Below are positions 58,901 to 64,000 of a DNA stretch of 64,000 nucleotides, piece after piece. The position numbers were made by a program, and so were the translations under genes. This stretch comes from Candidatus Micrarchaeota archaeon (lineage in GTDB: Archaea > Micrarchaeota > Micrarchaeia > Anstonellales > J096): assembly GCA_015522475.1 (NCBI GenBank), contig WAMF01000019.1:5098-69097 (forward strand), read 5' to 3'. The notes below the pieces were generated by a model. It was not told the DNA's origin. It made no database searches and saw only the letters and a list, made by a program, of their open reading frames with translations. Positions within the stretch are counted from its first letter, which is position 1; each line of letters begins with the position of its first letter.

Positions 58901-61900
58901 TAACAAGCATAGCCAGCGCAAACTCTTCGCATGTGCCAGTTCCATCATTGGATTTTTTCATGCACCAATCGTTTAATGAGAGTGTGGTGCAGGGATACTT
59001 GTAAACCATTAGCTGCGCGTCATTACCCACAACATCATTCCACAATGTGCTACTCCCCCACTCTGTATCTAAGAAGCTAGATAAAAAGTCTCTCAACTCA
59101 CTGTTAAGTCCAGGCTCCTCTAAAGTTTTTGCAATGTCTATATATCTATGCATGGCCAAAAAGTAAGGGTTTACACAATAATAGACATTAACAGTATAGT
59201 CATGCACACCCGCTGCCTTCATCCAATCAGGGATTGACCCAGAGTAGTATTTACCTTGCCATCCATTTATTGTAGGAAGATAGATCTCGTGAGGAAATTT
59301 GTCTAAACGGCAGGCTTTAAAAAGCTTATAATTATTGGACCATGTATCTCCTTCAAGCCTTTCTTCAATACTATCAGCGCTTCCAGCAAACGCCCAAAGA
59401 GAACCGGAAGGATCGCCTTGCGGTCTCAAAGGAAACGCTACACCGCTCACAAGAGAAGAAGGTGGCAAATACGTAAACTGTGGATATATAGGATGAAGAG
59501 GACCGTTGGGATTGTTGGAAGAGTAGCCCAGACTATCATTATACAGTATCATGAAACGTGCGACGGGTGACTCATCTATCTTATAGCTGCACTGAACACC
59601 AGAAATATCTCTATTAGCTTCACATCTCCCCTCACACGACGACCCTGTATTACTATTTACACTACATACCTTCACACGCTTATGAAAGCATGGAACATAT
59701 CCGCATATATCTGGAATGTATGCTCTTTCATATATACCATACTCTTCTCCATCAGATGAGATGCCTGTGAATGCAAGAGGAGTCACAACCCACTTAGAGG
59801 AGATACCTACTGGGACGAACCTCTTTACACTGATTTTGTTTCCATCCGAGCCACTCCAATCAATCCAACCACTGCTGTTGAAGTCAAACATGGAGGGAAA
59901 AATGAGATCTTTTAAAAAGAGAGAATTTGACCCTCCTATTGAGCGACTTGCTAGGTCTGTATTTGGAACCAGGGGGGTAAAATCTAGCACATAAATCGGA
60001 AGACTTTGTGTCATGGGCCAAGAAACTTTATTATCTTTAATCTTAGAGTAGATTTTCCAATACATTGGGCCCCCGCTATTATATAAATTTCCTCCACACA
60101 AACACCCTAGAGATTCAGTAGGCAAAGCATAGTTGCTACTAATAGGTGATTGTGAAGTAAGAAGAGACCCATAGAGATCAAAAGCTATTACTTTCACAGG
60201 TTCATTCTGCATAGCACTGTCAGCATCATCACCTAACTTAAGAGCGCACGTATCAGCTCCTCCATCAGCTCGTACAGGAAATCCGTCTGGATCCATAAAA
60301 ATAGGTCTCAATGATCCAAAGTAACATGAATCAAGGGTCTGCCATGAGCTATCTGAAAAATCGGGCACCTCATCTTTAGAAATGTCCTTAGAGAGATATT
60401 CAATAGTGAATTTTGGCTGGGCAACCCCTGTATAGGAGATACCTCTTGGTGGTGTAATTACACCTCTTACATAATAAGCCTTTGCAGTAATATCCCCTAC
60501 AGTTGTATCTTTTGTCGCATCCTCGATAGAATCCAAATATGAGCTTGTAGAAGATGTTGTAGAAGATGTATCGTACCATTTACCCTCCTTATAGTTATAA
60601 TAAGTAAGATCACAGTTGTAAGAAGCGTCCTTACATGATTTGCCTCCTGAATAAGGTAAGAAGTAATAAGTATACGAGCTCCCACCAGCAGTTAAAGTAA
60701 AGTGACTCGGGGTTGTTGGGCTGTCGAGTTTATATCGTATCCCATTGTGAAAAGAAAGACCTGACTCGCGGCCACCGATAAAGAATGTAATCGTGTAGCT
60801 CACTTTATAACGCTTTGAGCAGCCAGAAGCGGAGCACTTATCACATTTCTCATTATTACCTTTATAGCATCCAATATACTCTGTGGTCTTGGCACCTACA
60901 TTAGCCAATTTGTTCTCAAGAGACTCTCTGTCATTATCAGTAAGGTACGAATCTGATCCAGAAAAAGAAATATATGTGCCATAAAATGTGAGCTCTGGAC
61001 TGCCGTATTGCTCCACACGTTCCTGCTCGCACCTCTGATTAAGAAGGGAATAAGGCGCAGGAATAAAACCATTTATATCATAGTCTTGGAGAGGGAAAAG
61101 GAATACATAATCTTGAGAAATCTTGCTGGGCTTTACAAAGAGCCCTCCTTTGGTGCTCGGCTTATCTTGTAGGGAACTGTAGGAGATCCCATCGATACTG
61201 CCTCCATACAACTTCCCTTCTACTGCCAAAGTATCTGGATCTATAGGTGGACCTAAAATTGCGTAACCTTTTAAGTTTACAATGGACTCATCTTTTGGGA
61301 ACGTGTTTTTGTCAGTTAGTTGTGCATCTGCTACTGTAGCAACAACACCCCGCTTGATTCCATTGACCTCTGCAGTCAAAAACTTTGTTTTTACCTTATC
61401 AGAGCTGTCATAATTACACTCATCAAATGTATAAGCGGTTATATTTGTATATTTACCAACATCCAACCCCCATCCAGGATATCTTGTAGGTATGTAACCA
61501 CTCGACTTTTCCCATGGAAGGGGAAGTAGAGCCAACTTGAAGTCTGTAGAGAAGCGGTTATAACTACAAGGACTATATGGAGCGAGTGGCAGATAGGACA
61601 ACACATAAGAGTTACCTGATTTATCCTTATTTTCGCCCAAGAGAACAAGAGGATGTTGAGGAGAAGTCTCTTTTATATTAGAATGCTTTTCACTATGAGT
61701 CCAACTACTAATCGATGGTGTTAAAGGATATCCACTATCATCTATAGAGAAAATAAAAGTGGATGAACACGTGCCGCTGACATGAGGCCAGTTATAGGTA
61801 TGTGTAGCATTGACTTTAAAAGTTATACTATAGCTCTCTTGCACAATATCTAGTGTAGAGACACTCCAAGCATCCACAATCTTCTTCTTATTCTTTCTCT

Positions 61901-63563
61901 CATAGTAGGTTGTATAAACAGGTGTAAAAGCATCTGCATTTTTTGCTCTAGCACGCATGTTCATGACCTCAAAATAAGGAGTATATATAAGATCTCGAGC
62001 TGAGGAACCAAATCTTCGTGTCTTAAGCTTCATACACCCATATTTAGAGTTTCTAGCATCGCTTTCCCAACCTTCTTTTGTGGTCCAGATTTCAGAAGAA
62101 ATAGATTCTTTTTTGAAGTTGGTTGGGCAGTGCACTCCAGAGTCATCGTAAAAGCAACCACAGTCTATCGTATCTTGCAAAAGTTCTTTTGGAAGGGTTA
62201 CTGTTCCAGCTAAAGAGCCTGCAGAAACAGTGGCCAGCTTATTAAGATTAACATTTCCGGCATGATATATGCTCATAAGGCTGTAAAGCCCTGAGGCCTT
62301 TACGCACGTGCTTCTAGCATGAAAGTGCGTCGTGCACCATCCAGACAAACATTGATCATTAGCAACACACTCAAAAGGCAGCATAGAAAACCTAAAAACG
62401 CCGTTGTCAAAGCTGCCCGTGTAGTTAAAATCTGGATGGGCCAAAAGCTTATTTGTTGTCTCATTGCCGATTTCTTCCGTCATGTGTATATAGCCACTGG
62501 GATAATCCAATATAATCTTTGAAAGAGCTGCCCCGCTGAGCTTTGGCCTAGCATATGTGCAAACATCCTCAGAGGGCAAAACATACGTGGTTTTCTTAAT
62601 TTTGTTGTTATCACCACAAGAGAGCTCACAGTCTATGTACCTAGAAAAAAGCTTGCCTTTGTTATAACCTTCTGTACAGTTGTATAGGTAAACCGAAGTG
62701 GGACTAAATTTTGCAGAAGATAAATTTACTAAAGTTTGGGAAGAAACGTTCCATTGCACAACACGGCACACATAGGGCTGTTTAAAGTTGTATAGATAGA
62801 AAGCATCCACATAACCTGCCGGATTTATAGAGCATTGTGTTGACGAAAGAGGAAAATAATTGCTGAACTGAGAGAAGGCAGCATAATTAGACACTTCCAC
62901 ACCAATTCTAAAAGGCAGGATTTTGACTTTTGGATTTGTAATGTAGGCATAGTTCTCTTTAGAGACCTCGTAAAGCTTACATGCCTTACCTAACAAAGAA
63001 TAAGCAGCAGAGACACCACTTACGCTTATCTTTGGAGCTAACTTAACATTCTTCAACTCTGCTAAACTAACGTTCCTTATTTGAGCTTCTCCCAAATCCC
63101 CTGCTGTTACAGGCACTTCCTTCCTGTTCGTAAGGCGCTTGTACAAATCGCTTGAGCAAGCAACCACTCTGCAGCCTTCTCCACACACTTTGCATGGCTC
63201 TCCTTGTGAACAGATATATGTCTCATTAACATTTGTGTAAACCTTACCACTACTCTTGTTAACTATTGTTAGGTTGCAAAGCCAATAGTTCTCTTGTGTC
63301 TGCTGATTCTCTACATACCAACAAAGATTTTTGGAGGGATCTGAAGAAAGCTGGAGTTGGCTTTTCACGCTAGAAGAAAGCTCGGACTTTATCTGCATGC
63401 TTTTACAGTAAGTGTGATTAACACCCCCCACAGTATAGTTATCCATTGTGTTACAACATGCACTAAAAGAAGGGCCAGATTCAGCTTTGGCTCTGCCATA
63501 GCAACCAGCTAAGAAAAGCAACACAAACAACAGCACAATAACTGTAAACCAAACCTTCTTCAT
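55971..63563 (-). CDS. Giant (2530 aa) Cys-rich predicted lipoprotein
   Basis: Uninterrupted 7.6-kb ORF. Lipobox MKKVWFTVIVLLFVLLFLAG-C. Many Cys clusters and NxS/T sequons. Internal C-terminal duplication. Confidence 0.9.
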   Translation of the reverse strand: MKKVWFTVIVLLFVLLFLAGCYGRAKAESGPSFSACCNTMDNYTVGGVNHTYCKSMQIKSELSSSVKSQLQLSSDPSKNLCWYVENQQTQENYWLCNLTIVNKSSGKVYTNVNETYICSQGEPCKVCGEGCRVVACSSDLYKRLTNRKEVPVTAGDLGEAQIRNVSLAELKNVKLAPKISVSGVSAAYSLLGKACKLYEVSKENYAYITNPKVKILPFRIGVEVSNYAAFSQFSNYFPLSSTQCSINPAGYVDAFYLYNFKQPYVCRVVQWNVSSQTLVNLSSAKFSPTSVYLYNCTEGYNKGKLFSRYIDCELSCGDNNKIKKTTYVLPSEDVCTYARPKLSGAALSKIILDYPSGYIHMTEEIGNETTNKLLAHPDFNYTGSFDNGVFRFSMLPFECVANDQCLSGWCTTHFHARSTCVKASGLYSLMSIYHAGNVNLNKLATVSAGSLAGTVTLPKELLQDTIDCGCFYDDSGVHCPTNFKKESISSEIWTTKEGWESDARNSKYGCMKLKTRRFGSSARDLIYTPYFEVMNMRARAKNADAFTPVYTTYYERKNKKKIVDAWSVSTLDIVQESYSITFKVNATHTYNWPHVSGTCSSTFIFSIDDSGYPLTPSISSWTHSEKHSNIKETSPQHPLVLLGENKDKSGNSYVLSYLPLAPYSPCSYNRFSTDFKLALLPLPWEKSSGYIPTRYPGWGLDVGKYTNITAYTFDECNYDSSDKVKTKFLTAEVNGIKRGVVATVADAQLTDKNTFPKDESIVNLKGYAILGPPIDPDTLAVEGKLYGGSIDGISYSSLQDKPSTKGGLFVKPSKISQDYVFLFPLQDYDINGFIPAPYSLLNQRCEQERVEQYGSPELTFYGTYISFSGSDSYLTDNDRESLENKLANVGAKTTEYIGCYKGNNEKCDKCSASGCSKRYKVSYTITFFIGGRESGLSFHNGIRYKLDSPTTPSHFTLTAGGSSYTYYFLPYSGGKSCKDASYNCDLTYYNYKEGKWYDTSSTTSSTSSYLDSIEDATKDTTVGDITAKAYYVRGVITPPRGISYTGVAQPKFTIEYLSKDISKDEVPDFSDSSWQTLDSCYFGSLRPIFMDPDGFPVRADGGADTCALKLGDDADSAMQNEPVKVIAFDLYGSLLTSQSPISSNYALPTESLGCLCGGNLYNSGGPMYWKIYSKIKDNKVSWPMTQSLPIYVLDFTPLVPNTDLASRSIGGSNSLFLKDLIFPSMFDFNSSGWIDWSGSDGNKISVKRFVPVGISSKWVVTPLAFTGISSDGEEYGIYERAYIPDICGYVPCFHKRVKVCSVNSNTGSSCEGRCEANRDISGVQCSYKIDESPVARFMILYNDSLGYSSNNPNGPLHPIYPQFTYLPPSSLVSGVAFPLRPQGDPSGSLWAFAGSADSIEERLEGDTWSNNYKLFKACRLDKFPHEIYLPTINGWQGKYYSGSIPDWMKAAGVHDYTVNVYYCVNPYFLAMHRYIDIAKTLEEPGLNSELRDFLSSFLDTEWGSSTLWNDVVGNDAQLMVYKYPCTTLSLNDWCMKKSNDGTGTCEEFALAMLVIDYPYDEAKITVPGLGNYSALGDCLVDGDGNLVRVDVGACEGCSKLNTAHFTSSSYNSGTSYVIQHLLDQSVLPIVDESKVDSELKNTIHLRGGPTGIYVENGAQVKTAAQNCPECMLITSLTNLPKVVQSGEIPTLLYNSSNTLSLSSNFTDALTTLITTAEGGRSLGFPSLVDVDVNSPLFSNPFNATIFAREYRANLTNMGIAGLILKGDLTKMEDNFCGYGPMFDALSGRHITYALFKKSVVPKPYGTNETPINMFNKVQSTLMPSSLCTSPTWFNETNHSIICYSLDKKGHPVLTTMSPQSIAAKFSTTSVYDVFAPVVASVSKDSGMSICVAGNTTGFAICDPTPENETNDCGILTNPPLDLLQYIDRFYRAQLEQEYPGLQTSVGPDKALLQPFMNKYPEAINCSEKQIPINETTNVTKYVCTYPILDYVYTYDLMPQYEPLGEMPIAMQNKTKKQPCFKEPMTLQRIQEITGQSLENFRCYIVDKACEYTMNESYPAKKRCEDQGGWFNESSGLCYYKTIDASCDYSSNTSCFKNSVSTGTAQFCKGSDGEVPDYICGGNCYGQQSYLLNWEQLCRDENYSYGGILCEPHCHTGLLACAGTLQINDVSNYQLLCEHYNYDWNGSKSGDARCSSTEKDLSGSCFWDSNCDECVNHFHIALISYYTHDCTTYHSYDELLNRYITDLSNAASGCVNQEDDTYYLYTELSSNQTICQNDWKTPHVLTGNSDGSEDGTLDIPGLLDGGSCYYNAKNFTELCEERGGFVAPNGVCYDKHTTETQEDLLCTKGGYTEEKSKGGKPPVVVIETPSKNLVAGQPVDASCDYSSDTSCFNASIDVGTEQFCEGRDGNSGYVLCNGICFNASAVVEPAESKTIPNTYCQKNDTAYYTQSATNEEICANYWLTPNVLTGTASGDSDGTENIADLLSGNKCYYDAKAFATVCEERGGSVRDNKCVTTSSSQGQGSSGGGGG
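56030..57390 (-). repeat. Internal duplication of Cys-rich modules in the giant protein
   Basis: DASCDYSSNTSCF vs DASCDYSSDTSCF (shared 21-mer AGAGCTGTAATCGCAGCTTGC near 57295 and 56406). ICxNxWxTPxVLTG...CYYxAK.F..xCEERGG occurs twice. Confidence 0.85.
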
Positions 63564-64000
63564 ATGAAACCTCCTAGCTTGCGAAGCATGACACTGCCCA
63601 GCATGCCCCTAGTCAATATAAGGTATGTGTGGTATATGAATAAAAAGGTTACTGCAAGAGCGACGCCATGTCGTATTAAGAAATTGAAATATAAATCATT
63701 AAGGAATTGGAGGAGATTGCTATCGCTAACAAGTATTTTGGTGGCTGCGCTTGGAGAAGAAGCACTTGTTTGCTGAACAGCTTGAACTGTGGCTTTACTG
63801 TATGTGATGTATGAAGAGGGAAATGTCGATATGCCACACCACCTAGCAGAAGCTATATTCAAAACAGTACTGCTTTTCAATAGGGCGCTTATATCTATGC
63901 GAGGCGAGACTAAGAACGCTTGGTACGTAACGGGATAAACATAGTATGCTCCAAGGGCTATTGTAATCATAGCAGCACCCGCAGGCCGCGTAATGTCAAA
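63560..64000 (-). CDS. Membrane protein, CedA/VirB6-like C-terminal part (5' end outside window)
   Basis: Frame is open to the window edge: 'FDITRPAGAAMITIALGAYYVYP' then a second TM ending 'LTRGMLG'. ATGA overlap with the giant gene. Confidence 0.55.
   Translation of the reverse strand, partial: FDITRPAGAAMITIALGAYYVYPVTYQAFLVSPRIDISALLKSSTVLNIASARWCGISTFPSSYITYSKATVQAVQQTSASSPSAATKILVSDSNLLQFLNDLYFNFLIRHGVALAVTFLFIYHTYLILTRGMLGSVMLRKLGGFI

Noticed and set aside
1-64000. CRISPR array, IS elements, integrase, DGR, inteins, tRNA introns
   Set aside because: No regularly spaced repeats and no transposase, recombinase or reverse-transcriptase motifs. AtpA, RadA and aIF5B are normal length, and all three tRNAs are uninterrupted.

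Overview
Archaeal chromosomal segment. It has GGTGA/GAGGTG Shine-Dalgarno sites, BRE-TATA promoters, many leaderless genes, an A/V-type ATPase, RadA, EF-1alpha, aIF5B and an archaeal SAM synthetase. Gene content and the K/E-rich proteins suggest a thermophilic DPANN lineage, probably Micrarchaeota-like (inference). Positions 1-40.6 kb are mostly housekeeping: atpC-F-A-B-D, two Hsp20, truD, radA, thiolase, rnhB, thpR, infB, dnaG, scpAB, tuf-rpsJ, AGOG glycosylase, Prx, serS/proS. The window has three tRNAs (Lys-CTT, Thr-GGT, iMet-CAT). The ORF track misses a clear box C/D guide RNA (5252-5318), a probable H/ACA guide RNA (27611-27673) and a promoter-bearing structured RNA of unknown class (26901-26975). 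At 6-9.2 kb a membrane-bound class III adenylyl cyclase, a coupled membrane protein, a Walker-A-less KaiC-like protein and a roadblock-like protein lie next to a prepilin peptidase. Positions 40.6-52.4 kb are more variable and contain several interrupted genes: a UvrD-nuclease with an in-frame TAG, a deleted CYTH gene, a broken putative peptidoglycan hydrolase and remnants around tRNA-iMet. proS also carries a 1-nt frameshift, so some lesions may be assembly errors. The right end (52.6-64 kb) is a translationally coupled operon: a CedA/VirB6-like membrane protein (partial), a 2530-aa Cys-rich predicted lipoprotein and a ~1126-aa Ig-like surface protein. This operon is the best candidate for an undescribed cell-contact or transfer system. 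No CRISPR array, transposase, integrase or rRNA was seen. All family assignments come from motif recognition by eye, not database searches.
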